Numbered from the whole stretch's first letter, positions 1 through 12,860 are shown. The stretch: DNA of 58,990 bases, filler included, from Sphacelaria rigidula (GCA_964200075.2; 9 parts of 9 records of this genome joined end to end with filler, not necessarily neighbours in it), one strand, 5' to 3'. The notes: generated by a model not told the origin, from the sequence alone. Numbers and translations are program-made.

Positions 1-461
1 TTTAATCCTCCGGGTTCTCATCCTCAATCAATAGCACCATCCTCAATATAGATGATTGGCTGTTTAGTGCATAATAAAATAAGAACAGTTTTTTTCTTCT
101 TTCTGTTTTTTGGGGGAGTTTCCAGGACAAATGGACATTGCTCTTGGGCTTTATCTCAATTTTTAGAATTGTGATTTGGAACTTAGAATGGAGAACCAGA
201 GGTATGCTGAATGAAAAAGAAATGGGACTTCATTTTTTTTCGAGAGGTTTGGGTGATCTCGTAATAAATTGGCGGTCCTATAATAAAACGCCCTAAACCA
301 GCGAAAAAAAAGCACCAAACTGACCCACTTTTTTTGGTTCATTATGCCCCAGCGAGGTCCGACACAAAATTTCAATACACGAACACCAAACGTGGGCCGG
401 TACTGTAAGTGGCCTGCAAAATACTGTTCCGAATTTCTACCGACTCGGTTACTACACGGGC

Positions 462-794
462 CATTCTCCCTTCAATTTTAGAGTTAGCTCCTGAAATTTG
501 GTATTGACAATGAATAGGGCATAATAAAACAACTTTTTGATCGACCCATTTTTACTTCATGAGTTAGAGGCCATCACCACTTTCCAGGTGTCAGTAAAAT
601 ACCGCGTCATTATGAAAAAAAATCTTCGGGTCGATGAATATTATCTTCATTTTGCCTGATTCTCAGTAAAATTTTGTTAAATCATGCAAGGAAAGGAAAA
701 ACTTTGGGTCGATGTATACACATATGTATGTTATTCCCTATTCATTTTCCATACCAAATTCCAGGGGCCGACTCCCAAAATTGAAGGGAGAATG
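462..794. mobile_element. MITE-like element with ~63-bp imperfect terminal inverted repeats
   Basis: 462-524 (cattctcccttcaattttagag...aatgaatagggcataa) is the approximate reverse complement of 731-794; AT-rich non-coding interior; no clear TSD. Confidence 0.6.
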
Positions 795-1213
795 AGCCTG
801 CAACCTACGAATCTGTTTCTAGGCTGGCCCAGCTCGTACAATAAATCTACTTCTTGAGTAGACTTTTTTCGGGCATTTTGTATCAATACGCTCAAGAAAG
901 GTTCCCGATCTGGAGAGGGAAAGGAGACTGATTTTCACCGGAATCTTGTTTGAGAGTCATCTTTGGACCATTTCTTGGTGATCCGCAGGCGACGTACTAT
1001 ACACCGTACCGACTGTACGATAAGTGAAACGGGGCAAACACGAAGTTGGAAGGACCGTACGTGCGTAGTCCATTGTTGGATCGTCTACGTGGATTGCCAA
1101 TGAAACAAGTCCCCGTAACGAATGGTGCAGTCTTACTATCGACCATAACAACGGGACTTCCTTCATCCGATAGGGCAAACGAATAAGAGCACATCATGCG
1201 ACAAACTGGACTC

Positions 1214-1471
1214 CTATTGACGCTCGCGTGGCGCCCTCGAAGTGCATGCTTCCAAAGCATTGACGAGGTCGGTACACTTGATGTGTCCTTTGCCAGTCAG
1301 TTGCTGTGCTCGAAAGCACAGGAAAGCTTCTTGTAACTCGCTACTACACGGCCCTTGTTTCCGTCGCCCATCGCTTTCGGGAGTACCCGAAGACACCGCA
1401 CGAATTACTTTCGACAGGCGTGACGCTGCCTCATCCTCTATCACGCGCAGTTGTCGCGCTCGATCTTCTTC
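1214..1471 (-). CDS. Putative terminal exon of an unknown protein with a degenerate EF-hand-like segment
   Basis: Pyrimidine-rich acceptor on the minus strand (..ctttctgctcctgtcgcttaatttacctccttcgcag|GAA), 85 codons to TAG. ELQEAFLCFRAQQLTGKGHIKCTDLVNALE resembles the EF-hand pattern ELxEAFxxFDxxxxGxIxxxEL. Confidence 0.5.
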   Translation of the reverse strand, partial: EEDRARQLRVIEDEAASRLSKVIRAVSSGTPESDGRRKQGPCSSELQEAFLCFRAQQLTGKGHIKCTDLVNALEACTSRAPRERQ

Positions 1472-2497
1472 CTGCGAAGGAGGTAAATTAAGCGACAGGA
1501 GCAGAAAGCGTTGGGGTACAAAGGGTTCCCGTCGTTGCAGAGGCAGCACCCATGGAATTGCGGCGTGTAACAGTCACTAAGCCCATGCGTGGATTCGTCC
1601 ACATCGGCTACGTCATGCGTGGTGCAATATTTCAGCAACGTGAGAAGTGCAGCCGTACTTCGAGCGGTCTACCTTGTATCATTGCACCTTTCCCCCGTAA
1701 CCGTGCCGTCAACAGCGAAGTCTACTCCAAGTTTCTCTGGGGAGATTACAATGTGAATTGCTCTTCCACATCCCTTACCGTTAGTACAGTATTACGATCT
1801 ACCAAGTTTCCTACACACCGAAAGGATGTAAGAGAACTTAAGCCATCGACAATGCCCCTTCTTATCGTGATTTTATTCCACAGCTATCGAAACTGCTGTC
1901 ACCGCCGCAGGCGCTCAGTGCTCAGTGCACGCATAGAGTTCCTCAGTACCTAGTTGCGCTTCCTTTGCCGCCAAACTTCCCTGTAGGGAGTGGGGGGGAA
2001 CGAGTTTGACTGGTTGATTAATCTCGTTTGGAATCCCCCCGAGGGGTCAGACGCTTCACTTTTCGAAGACTTCACATAAAATGACGACAGTAACTACCGA
2101 GCACAACCATGGTTATTAGCAAGGGATGGGCGAAGAATGTACAACCACATATCATGCGCACACAAAAGTTAACCCCGGTATGGTTGGGTGAGTTTCGTCC
2201 AACAATGGCACGCTCCGAGTGAGGTGTGTTTCATGACTGTGCTAATCTAGAAGAGTAGCTAAAACGCGCTGTATACACTCCCATTCTGAAAGTCGACAAT
2301 TTTAACGGTACCAGTTCCCTTGTGCAGCACGTCACGTCTGTGTATGACCTTTAGGATGGTCACGCTACCATGGCATGCAAAATCGCAAACTCACACCTAT
2401 GCTGTTCTGACCGTGCTGTACTGTACATTACACTACATATGACAACAATGCGAGAGCAAGCGCCCTTCTCTCTGACCTTGCACAGCCCCGCATGCAC

Positions 2498-2575
2498 CTT
2501 CTGCTGTTCACGCTGCGGTCTTCCGTCACATGGAAATGAGTCACGAAGGGCTCTGTTGTGATTTCTCTCCATCCG
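2498..2575 (-). CDS. Possible upstream exon of the same gene (RMERNHNRALRDSFPCDGRPQREQQK)
   Basis: tag| acceptor and AAG|gtgcat donor, 78 bp, phase 0 at both ends; splices in frame to 1471 giving ...QREQQK-EEDRARQLR.... The acceptor is weak. Confidence 0.3.
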
Positions 2576-4152
2576 CTACATCATGGCGAAGTCATCGACC
2601 AATCTTCAGCTTATAACGGGCATATTAATGTTGTTTTGTCATTAAATCTTGCTCGTGCTGCGAGTCATGTGGGTTTTTGCGCATCGATTCCAGCTTGCTG
2701 AAGTAACCGAAGGTTTTGACCTCGAGTACAGATGTACTAGGCCACACACATTCCATTCACTCTAAGCTGAACACGAATGCTGTTGATTCCCGTCACTTTT
2801 GCATCGTCCGCGCGGATATTGAGAAGCCATTAACAGCAACCCCACTGCTCAGAAAAAGCAGCGCTGCACTACTTCTTAGTCAATCTTAGAAAGGGCCTAC
2901 GTGTGTCAAAAGTACAAATATATTTGGTACAATTCAGCAGTGATGACTGCGACATATGAAAAGCACCCACCACCAGGTACCGATGCCCCATCACGACACA
3001 AGTACAGCACAGCGCCACTACTTTGAGGTTGTTCATCGCGACTAGTGTACAAGTTAGTGTGATGCTATTCTTTGATGTTGTTGATTGCGACTATTCCGCA
3101 GATGTACTCTTCGTGTGCATATTTCGAACTTATACAATGTAACTAAGACGGTGAAATTCCTGAAGTCATCGACCACAAAAGCGTAAAGTTGGTACGGTGA
3201 TCTCCCAGCTCGCCAATAAACATCACCCAAGGGACCGGGGATCAAAAAGGTCAATGTGTGGACCAAAGTCGCACATTTCGCCTGATCCGGCTAAAGGTTG
3301 AAATATCCAGATGTTTACATTTGCAGAACTGCTGCCATAGAAGGTGGTTCTATGCCCAAGAAATCCACCTTTCCCCTGAGAGCATCGTGTACCTATGATC
3401 ATGATCCAAAGCTGCTTACCAGCAAGTACACGTGGTCTACGCAACCCCACGAGCATCTCCTTGTGGGGAGCTGATCGGTGTCGTCCACGAAGAACGATCA
3501 ACGCGCTGAATGTGGAAGCAGATCATGAACACAAAGCTCCATGGTAAAAATGCTAGATTCAAAACCTCCAGATTTCGGCTGTCTTGGCGCGACAAAAACA
3601 CAGACCACACCCCTTTATCGCAACTCGGAAGGTCACGTGCATCATGCAAAAGACATCAACGACGAGCCCCCATCGCATCCAACGTCTGGCATCGACAGAC
3701 GATCAACCGATACAGCTTATCGTCAGCGAGCTCCAGCGAGGAAAGCCCGGAAATACGTATCGCTACCAACGCTGCCGACACTCTCCTGAGATCCGCCGAG
3801 AAGGTGATCTCATGTCCAATCCGACAGCCTCGTGTACAAGGTGGTTCGAGGATGCTGCGACTCGGGTAGGGCCACGAGCTAGCCGCCCACGGCGTATCGT
3901 GCGAAAAGCATGCAGGAGGGCTCTCAAGGAGACCATAGACGCTGGGTTGGACAACTCCTTAGAGATGACCACGAGAAGACAAGAGAAACAACAGAATTGA
4001 GTAGCTACCTCGGAAATCTGAAGGAAGGAAGGAGACGAAAAGAGGGCAAAGCTAGAGAGCGAGCAGCACCCCAAGAACGAGCAGGGGGGTATTTTACGGT
4101 AGAGGCACAGGCTGGTTCACGGGGAAAAAAAAAAAACACTCATTGGCAAAAG

Positions 4153-4760
4153 TTCACGTCGATTTCAGGAGTCAGACCCTAAAACTTTGCACAGGTGTTC
4201 TATGGGTCCTCACGCAAATTTCCAAGGTCGCGTTTTCTTTTTACTTTCAGAGTTGTTTCACCGTTTTTCCGGGGTCCCAATTTTTTGGGGAAACTTCGAT
4301 CCATTCGGACCCCCGTAAAACGGTAAAAAAAAACTCGTCAGTCTCAAGTTGCGTAATAATCCATAGCACAGTTGTGCAAAATTTCAGGGTCTAACTCCTT
4401 AAAACGGCGTGAAGTTTTTCGCGTTTGTGCGATGAACTTTGCCGTGCCACAGTGAAACGGCAAATTGCTAGATTTTGAAATGAAAATGGCGTTTTTGGGC
4501 CTTCTTTGACGTGAACATGAAAATTCAAGCCCTAGTTAATCGAGTTTGGCCACGACAAATTGTGGGGTTTTTCCTTGGATTTTGCGGCAACAGGGCGTAC
4601 GCAAAAAAAATGAAAAAAGACTGTAGTGCCGGTTTTCCGGGGTCCCAGAATGGACGACTCGTTAATCGAACTTGCGTAATGATTCATAGCACATTTGTGC
4701 AAAGTTTCAGGGTCTAACCCCTAAGAAATGCGTGAAGATAAGCGCGTTTGTGCGAGGATG
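4153..4760. repeat. Three copies of a ~68-bp module (one inverted, two direct), probable DNA-transposon remnant
   Basis: ttgcgtaat..catagcaca.ttgtgcaaa.tttcagggtctaac..ct at ~4346-4413 and ~4668-4736; reverse-complement copy at 4153-4220. Confidence 0.7.
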
Positions 4761-5680
4761 TGAGCTTAAAACGTGCAAACTTCTAACTACTTGGTTTAAG
4801 TATGAAAACATATTTATGGGTGAATGTGACGTCAAGGCAGGTAAAATGGTATGAAATTTTCGAGTTTCTCCACCAAACTTCGTACATGTGTTGCTTGGAC
4901 CATCCCGGGACGCATCATATTATTAATTTTTCTTTTGACTCATTTTGTACCGCCTGCCGCGGTCACCCCCGGAAGCCGGTAGAAAACGGAGAAATTTTGA
5001 ACCCTTGCCAAGAACACAATTTTTCCATTTGAAGCATCAATAGCTACGGAACAGCCAAGTTTGAGGATGATCTGAGCTTTTCTGCAACAGATAAAAGGGA
5101 AATCGTGACGAGGCTCCCTGAGTCTTCCCTGCGTATCATGAGTGGAAATTAGACGACGCCAAGCTCCACGTCACCGAAACATTACGGTTTCGGGTATAAT
5201 TCGACCCAGTTGAAACCGTTTTCAAATCCGTTTCTCCCGTTATATTCTTGGGGCGATGACGGTCACTACGACTTGAAGTATGTGGAGATTCGGTGGAAAT
5301 TGATTGGGCTTGGAACTCGTATTTTCAATTTCGGAACAGTTTGAAAGGTGCTGATTGGTCTTTACACATTTCCTGTCCATAGCGCCACCGCTATAGCCTT
5401 AAACAAAAATCCGGCTATGTCACCCTCTTCGTCTGTTCATTGCGGTCAGTATGATATCATGTATGCGACTATTTGGTGCGTATTGCAGAAGGCATTTGCT
5501 GATGACAGAATTTGGGCTTTTTCCGTGAACCAGCCTGTATCCAGCCCGTGAGAGAAGAAATTACACCACTGTTACAGGGGTGAATAAAGGCCTTACCGAC
5601 CAAAAACCCGTTTCCCACAAAAAATAAAATGAATGCGGAGAGATATTGAAGAAGTATTGAAGACGTCATGGACTGTTCGG

Positions 5681-5735
5681 ACCTGTGCCGAACCTGTGCC
5701 GAACCTGTGCCGAACCTGTGCCGAACCTGTGCCGA
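5681..5735. repeat. Perfect 11-bp tandem repeat (ACCTGTGCCGA) x5
   Basis: Read directly; no spacers. Confidence 0.95.
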
Positions 5736-6466
5736 GCAGAACACACGCTCCATCCCAAGTTACCCAGGTTAAGTATGCCACAGATGTAATTTTTTCATCG
5801 CAATTATCTCGAGACAAGAAGCACAGCGGCGTCTGGAACTTCACAGCCCCCCGCACACACACTAGACCTATTCAGCGCCGTAAGCGGATTTGCTCAATTC
5901 GCCACAGTGGATCCGAAAAGCCCAAGAATGTTGCAGGAAACGCGTTTTCAGTACATTTTGTGTTTGGTGCAGCGGTTTGCGAAGTGCTGCGGCCTCCGCG
6001 GCACGCGGTACGGAAACCTGCGTGCAACACTTGACTCTTTTGGAACTCACAATGGAAAATTGATCATTTGCAATTGACGATTTTTGAGCAAGATATGGTT
6101 GATGGTTCATAGCTTAGACGCAACAATTTTGGCCAAACGCGTATTTTTCAGACCCATACGAGTGACAAGTGGAACAAGAGAAGGTTTCCTATTTTCTTGC
6201 TGCGATACGTCTGCTTTTTTTGCTACACTCATGAGGTCCTTGCTCCGCCACAGTGCGCGGCAGGCCTCTGTGAAGCATGCTCCCGGCCTGACCTGCACGC
6301 CCTGCCCGCTGCAGTTCATACTCTTTGCAGTGTCATAGCAACAAGGGCAACGCCGATGGCACATTCGCTAAATGTATGAACTGGTGGTATGCAATCCCAG
6401 GCAGTCACCTTTCCGTGCCGCCGGGGGTGCTGCGACACTGCCCTGTACAGTACTGGGTGTGTTTAC

Positions 6467-6566
6467 NNNNNNNNNNNNNNNNNNNNNNNNNNNNNNNNNN
6501 NNNNNNNNNNTTAATTAATTAANNNNNNNNNNNNNNNNNNNNNNNNNNNNNNNNNNNNNNNNNNNN
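6467..6566. other. Artificial contig linker N44-TTAATTAATTAA-N44 (1 of 8)
   Basis: Identical 100-bp block; the 12-mer puts stops in all six frames. Confidence 0.99.
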
Positions 6567-6738
6567 GTACTCCAGAAAAACTCAGAAAAAAGGACGACTA
6601 CGAATTCTGAAAACTTCTGATGCTGACTACTATAGTTCTCACATGCGCGACGCTGCTGCTCATGATCTCCAACTTTCTGTACTTGCTTCTTCTAGCGCTA
6701 CCATGTCAGGCGCGCTCTTCTCTGTAGTTACGTTAGTG

Positions 6739-7022
6739 TGTGGCCGCCACCACAGCTGCTGTTCGTGTTCTTGTCTTGTTGTCTTTGCAATGACGGTAAA
6801 CGTGGGATGGAAGCTCGGGGGCGTGTGCTTCCCGAGTGGTGAAGGCAGAAGCAGGACAATAGCTAGTGCAACAAGATTGTCCATCTACTGATGTGGATCG
6901 AGCTTTCCGGAGGAATAGTATCACCTCAACACCGACCACTCCCAGGCTTGAATAAATGTACTAGAAATATAGTTCATTTCAATATGAGCCAGATCGTTAT
7001 TTTCAGGTGACACGTTCATTTT
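6739..7022 (+). repeat. Dispersed repeat shared with 29971-30250
   Basis: Colinear similarity, including gctgctgttcgtgttcttgtcttgtt...gtaaacgtggg.tgg.agctcgggggcg...cttcccgagt, in two different contigs. Confidence 0.8.
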
Positions 7023-7629
7023 CCATTGGTATGATTCGTTGGATTACGGGCCGCTTCTGACGAATATAGTGTTCAGCTTGCGCTTCCCAGGAATATAGTA
7101 CCCCAAATCGGCCCCATTCCTACCCATAACAGTGATCGGGAACCGACGCCATCACCCTCTTGGCATGATGTGTTGTTTTTTTTGGCGAAAACGTACGCAT
7201 CTAATCATGTGGTAGGGTCCACCGACGGAGTTGCGTGTTGGGGTGGGCGGCCGAATTGCTAATACGCTCGTGGACAGTAGAGGCAGTGCAAAACTGCACG
7301 TGGTTCAAATCTTCCTTCGCATCCTCCTGTATGCAGAGAGTACAGACAGCTGTGCTGTCTGTATGTCACGTTGCCCGCTTCTTTTCCACATCTCGCCTGC
7401 ATGCTGCACGAAACACGCACACTATGCAGACAGTACAAGGAGCACTACTGTACTGCTACTGTCTGTACTGTCCGTACCTTCTGTATTGAATAAAAGTAAA
7501 CAAACACCGCTTCACGCTTAGCTTTTTCGATCCAAAGCGTGCAAATTCGCTCGGACCCAAACACAGCAAAACGAATTATATCAGTTTCGCCGCACAAGCT
7601 CGTTCGAGTCGATTTTTTTCAAGACACGG

Positions 7630-7773
7630 CCAGAGAGTGAATTTGGGGGAGATGAGAATCTGGCATCAACTCACAACCAATCTGAAACACACAAAAAAAA
7701 AATCCCAAACCTCCAGAGTCACTGTCACTCTCACCTCGCGTTCTCACGTTTCTGATCTCGTTCAGACGGGCCC
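7630..7773. mobile_element. Right end of a PIF/Harbinger-type element (second copy ~9213-9351)
   Basis: Two homologous ~140-bp segments end in ..acgggccc followed by TAA (7774-7776) or TTA (9352-9354). Confidence 0.6.
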
Positions 7774-7776
7774 TAA

Positions 7777-7974
7777 GGCCGGCTCTTATGGAAAGGGATT
7801 AGGCTGTGTCTTATTGAGAGCAGAAAAGCAAGCGGGGAAAGGAACAAGCGTCCAAAAGTAGCATGTTGATCGATCGCCGGTCGGGTCAATGGTTGCGGCG
7901 ACTGATCAGCATGGTGCTTTTGGACGCTGGTTCCTTTTTTCCGCTTTTTTTTTCAGTCTTGGTAAGACGCGGCC
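7777..7974. mobile_element. Small Harbinger/Tourist-type MITE
   Basis: Termini ggccggctctta...taagacgcggcc (imperfect 12-bp TIR) flanked by TAA and TTA. Confidence 0.55.
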
Positions 7975-7977
7975 TTA

Positions 7978-8448
7978 GGCCAACTCTAATGGGAGCCGTT
8001 CAAAATTCCAGTCGAAAACTGGCATTTTGGTCCTTCTCCTTCGATTTACGCTCGAAGAGAGGGGTAGGCGGATGTTGACGCCTTGGAATGACTTGCTCTA
8101 CTCGTTGAGACCGTTCTGGGGCAACTCTGCATTTTCCGCTGGTCGCACTTTTGTTTTTGACGAAATCAGGCCAAACACGAATTTTCAGTAAAAAACGGTC
8201 AGGTGATCACAATCCCCCCCTGTTTTTTGGTCGCTTGGCCGTTTTTTGTTGAAAATCCTTGTTCGGCCAAAATTGAAAGTGCGGCCAGCGGGGAATGCAA
8301 AGTTTCTCTGGACAGCTTCAATGCGTAGAGCAAGTCATTCCAAGGCGTCAACAGCCGCCTAGCCCTCTTTTCAGGCGTAAAACGACGGAGAAGGGCCAAA
8401 GAGGCAGTTTTCGACTGGGATTTTTAACGGCTCCCATTAGAGTCGGTC
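7978..8448. mobile_element. Fold-back Harbinger/Tourist-type MITE with ~190-bp inverted arms
   Basis: ggccaactctaatgggagccgtt...aacggctcccattagagtcggtc; the arms pair through ccttggaatgacttgctctac/gtagagcaagtcattccaagg; flanked by TTA and TCA. Confidence 0.85.
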
Positions 8449-8720
8449 TCAGGCGGTGTTTTGTTGAACGAAACAAGGAAAGTGAGAGTCATTTCGTGAT
8501 ACTGTAGTGAACGTGAAATGACGGTTCGCAACTTCATAATCACGGGAAATCACGCGCCGTTCCAATCTAGGGTAGGAGACAAGTGGTACGTACTAGAAAT
8601 GCAGTGACGGTAACAATACGCAAACTGATCAGCGATTTCAAGCGGGGCGGTAATAACGCCCAAGGTGTACGGGCATTGTCGTAGGTCGACACGTGGACAG
8701 GCTCCCTCACTAGAAGGAAA

Positions 8721-8780
8721 AGCAGCAGTAGCAGTAGCAGTAGCAGTAGCAGTAGCAGTAGCAGTAGCAGTAGTAGTAGC
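8721..8780. repeat. (AGCAGT)n microsatellite
   Basis: Read directly. Confidence 0.95.
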
Positions 8781-10554
8781 ATCTATACTACCAGCAGATG
8801 TGTACGGTTTGGGGTGAGGCTAAATCAGCCGGTGCCGATACTGGCGGTGCTGCTCTTCCTCGTGCGAGAGACGGTCCGCGCTTCCACCGTGCGACAACGC
8901 TCACGCACTTTGCGCGTGATGGCCATCGTGCTGGGATATCCCTGGTCCCTACGAGTACTACTCGCCGATGAGTCAGTGCTTGCATACTCGGCGAAGTGCT
9001 GGGCGATGTAGCTGTGCGCATCTCTCTGTGGGAGCTGTGCACGTTGGGTGTGTCTCCCACGCGTGGCTACTGTTGGTGATGGGAAGGCCAGCTGTGTGCC
9101 CGATGAAGAGCCGAACAACCCATGCCTGCAACCATATGACGCCCCACTTCGCATTCTCACCCGAATATCATCTGCCCTCACGAAAATTATTCCCCAAATG
9201 ATCAATTTCCTTGAGAGTTAATTCGGGGGATATGATAATCTGGCATCAACCCACAACCAGTCGGAATCACCGAAAAAAAATCCCCAGACGCCACAATCTC
9301 CATCACTATCACGTCGCCTTCCCACATTTCTGGTCTTGCCAAAACGGGCCCTTACCCCCTTTTCGAACATCTCCCTTTTACGAAATGGCCGCTGAATGAT
9401 CGCTGCGATACTACCCCCTAGAAACGTGCCCCAAAATACGGTTTGAAAGGGGGTTTCAGGAAGAAACAGAAAATACTTCCGAAAATCCCGTTTTCAAGGG
9501 GAGTTTGTGTACACTCTGAACCGGAACGTAGATTTCTCGTTGACAGGGGCACATCCAAAGGCTTGCCGCACAACCCAACATAATCAGAGGTGGCCCTGAG
9601 GAATTTGACGTCCCTGCAAACCAAAAACACACAGGTTGAGCCGTAGCTGCTCATCAGCCGCTGAGCACGTTAGCATGACCTTGCTCATATCTGAGCAGGA
9701 TTCAATGGGAAACAATGGTTTGTGCGAGACACATACGCAGCACACGCATATGCACACAAGCGGTCAGCAACAACAGTTTTCGTTTGTAATTTGACGTCAC
9801 CGCGGCCGCTGTTCCTCCAATACAAAACGGATATCCGTCAAATAGATACTGCCGTGTGTAGATCAGCGACTGCCAGCGCTGGATGTAATGCACGTGGGTG
9901 ATGGGTGCCTGTATGTATTTGTTCGGGGCTCGATAATCTGAAACATTTTTATTGTATTCCCTCAGTAGTACATCCGATTACGCGTAATCCAATTCGCACT
10001 TTACTGCGAACCAGTCGCTAACAGCTGTATATAGCAACAATTCGTCCCGATCCACAAGCCTCGGGTCCCGCTAAGCGATGATCGTTCGCATGATGACTTG
10101 CGGGCGTGTAACGGCAAGACATTTCACACATCTTTGGATCCTTGTGATATTCCGCACATGAGCATTCGAACCCTGGACACATCTTCGGATCTTTTGGGTC
10201 TGCGGTGCAACCAGCAGCAGGCCACAATTTCTAGGTCATTGGGAATTTCGGCCTTTCGGATTTTGCGGCAAGGCATAATTTGACAAAATAGGATATGCTT
10301 GGGACTGTTCGCCATTCCCTCTGCGGATCCCGCGCTAGGTTCGTCATTGAACAAAGGGTATGCACGTGAAAATAAAAGGGTGCACACATGAGCAAAATAG
10401 GGTACTACGTGAGTTTTAAGCTGAGGGTCGGGTATACCCTGTTGCCTTGTTGACAAAATAGGGTGCTCTAACAAGCTCGCCTTTTCCGTGCCCCAAGTGA
10501 CCCTGTTGCTATGTGTCGATTAAAAAGGTGGAGGTTGGGCATGCTGCCCAAGCA

Positions 10555-10690
10555 CGCGGGTGTGGGGTTGAGATGCTGGCACGTGTTTTAGAGGTGCCCA
10601 GCCCGCGTGCAGCGTTGCACCCTGAACCGAAAAGTGCGCTACCTTTTTTTGTACCAAAAACCACAGGATACACCCGATTTTTGCTAATCC
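10555..10690 (+). repeat. Dispersed repeat shared with ~43210-43335
   Basis: gctgg.acgtgtttt.gagg...cagcc.gcgtgcagcg.tgc.ccc.aa.cgaaaa.tg.gctacc.ttttt present in contigs 2 and 7. Confidence 0.75.
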
Positions 10691-11810
10691 CCTTTTTGGA
10701 ATAGCGCTGGCCCTAGCCCTAGAACCCTGATCCAAGGCATACCGAGAGCCCTCGGGCAAGGGGGGTGGAAAGAGTTTCTTCGGCACAGTGTGAGTTGGCG
10801 GATAGAAATGTATTCTGCGCACGCGACGAGCACTTGGGACTGTCAGCCCCACTAAAGATCCGAATCTTGGTGTTCACGGTTGAATCAAGTAAAAAATCCG
10901 AATCTTGGTATTCACACTTGGATCAAGTGATATCAACCATGGGTGAAGTGTCGCCGAACTGGAACACTGGAATTGTGAGAGGTTTCGACGCACCGGCCTC
11001 TTCGATTTTTGAAATCGAGAATGTGTTGGAGTATGATCTCACCGCATCTCTCTGTGTCGTACAGTATTCCCAGCACCGTCCGTGCGAGGGTGTAAGGTAG
11101 TACATTGAGCAGAGGACTCAGGGGTGTCTAAGGCGTGAACAAACCATCGATCTTGCGATCACAATCTCTGGGCGTTGGTTTGGCCCTGTACTGAACATTG
11201 CTGTGCTGTGCAGTGCTGTGTGCTGTATGGTACCGGTGCGTTGTCGGCAATTTGTCGCATGTTGTGCTGCAGTGCGCTAGTCTACGGCGCTGTACCACAG
11301 CTGCACTACGTTGTACTGAATTGTTATGTACTACTGCTGCACTACTGTTGTACTGAACTGTACAACGGCCGCACTCTACGCTGTAGTACGAATGATGTTG
11401 GAAGCATGATGCGTTTTTACCCAGACGTCACCGTCGTGGAATTCAAGCAGATTGTTCACTTCACACGCCCGAGATGGCGCCTACCCTGAAGGGGCTGCGC
11501 CGTCGGCGTTAGTCCCACCGTAGCTATGGTATACAGCTACTTGATCTGAGATGTCTAAGCTCCGTATCATGTTGTTAAATGAATGACATAATTACGGCAT
11601 GTCCTTGAAAAATAGATGTCTTCATTTTTTTGGTGCTACGATCGGTGGGATGCTAGCGTCCGGGATGAACGGGTCGCAGAACTGAAGCTACCTCTTCAAA
11701 AGGGATTGGTCCCTACACCCGACGCGGCGTACCCGACCCGGCGAGGCCGACCTCACCCCCACCAAAAACGCTTCTTTGTCCTCAAATACCCTTGTCAAAA
11801 CAATTGACAG

Positions 11811-11996
11811 GTAAACCTGAAGCAGTGTAACATCGATAAGCTCGAAGACTTGGCCATGGCGGTGTCTGATCTCGACTCTCCGCTGTACGGGAAGCAACTG
11901 TCATCAGAGGAGCTGTGCGAGCTGACCTCTTGCCCAGGCCGCGAAGAAGGGCTTGAGAAAATTGTGTCGTGGCTGGGTGGGCCGTCGAACGGAGAG
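11811..11996 (+). CDS. Internal exon of a peptidase S53 (sedolisin/tripeptidyl-peptidase I-like) gene, pro-domain
   Basis: ttgacag| acceptor, GAG|gtgagc donor, 186 bp, phase 0, no stop. VNLKQCNIDKLEDLAMAVSDLDSPLYGKQLSSEELCELTSCPGREEGLEKIVSWL matches the pro-kumamolisin activation pattern LKQxNxxxLExxxxxVSDPxSPxYGKxLxxEE...VxxWL. Missed by the ORF track. Confidence 0.88.
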
Positions 11997-12738
11997 GTGA
12001 GCGTGTATTTTGGAATGTTGTGAGTATACACACGGGAGGGTTGGCGCTCAGCTGCAGGCCCTGAAGTTGCCGCGGAACGAACGAGGTCTATCATGTATTG
12101 CAGGTACATGTTCTACAGTATTTCCAACCGAGGGTGTTGTGTTGCTTGGTCGAGACGAGCCCCGAATGGAGATTGATTGATTGATTGATTGTCGCACTTT
12201 AACTGACCCCCCCGGGATCTAGCCGTGGTTAAAATGATCGACGTACCCGAGACAAAACAAAACCGAAGCACTCGCTGGAGAAAAAAAAGGAGGAGGAGAA
12301 GAAAAGAACCCTAGAAAAGATAGAACAGACCACAGAGTGAACTAAGAAAAAAAACGAAGGAAAACAAGAACAACAGAAAAAAAGATGAACAAAAAATGGC
12401 CGCCCTCTGCCATATGGTTTTGGTGGAAAAGGTCTTGCGCATAAGCCAGACTCGAACCCAGTCGCAGAGAACAAAAAAACGTGGGAAATGGTTGCGGCTC
12501 CTCTGCTGTGGCCTCACTATTTGGGTATGAAACCTCTCATCCATGAAGAGGAAGCCGATAGTGTAGAGGATTGCAAGTAATGAACTGTGTGCGATTCTGC
12601 AATCGACCCCCAGCTTTTGAAAGCTGTACAACTCGTGCAAATGAAAGATTTTAGTACGCTTCGGGCCGAACAACGTTTGAATGATGCAGACCACCCCTCA
12701 TGCTATTCGTCGAACAAATCACGGCACTTCGCGCTTGG

Positions 12739-12860
12739 TGACTGCGAACCTCATTCGACAAGAATCCGGCGTTCTCCATCCCGGCTTTGTAGGTATGCGA
12801 GGCCAATGGTCTTATGACTTCGGCATGCAAGATCATGAGTACATCCCCACCCCCCCCTCA
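12739..12860 (+). repeat. High-copy ~110-bp repeat ending in a poly(C) tract
   Basis: Core cggctttgtagg.atgcgagg.caatg.tc...gac....gcatgcaagatcatgagtac + Cn; other copies at ~15500-15610 (-), 46316-46465 (+), 48503-48625 (+), 52352-52425 (-). Confidence 0.9.

Noticed and set aside
6107..6466. Cys-rich minus-strand frame as a piggyBac C-terminal domain
   Set aside because: Cys spacing does not match well and no TTAA-CCC terminus was found nearby.
6511..6522. Regularly spaced TTAATTAATTAA palindrome as a biological motif
   Set aside because: Always centred in 88 Ns at fixed spacing; it is an assembly linker.
8567..8782. Poly-Leu ORF (and the poly-Thr ORF at 45480-45773)
   Set aside because: Translations of microsatellites.
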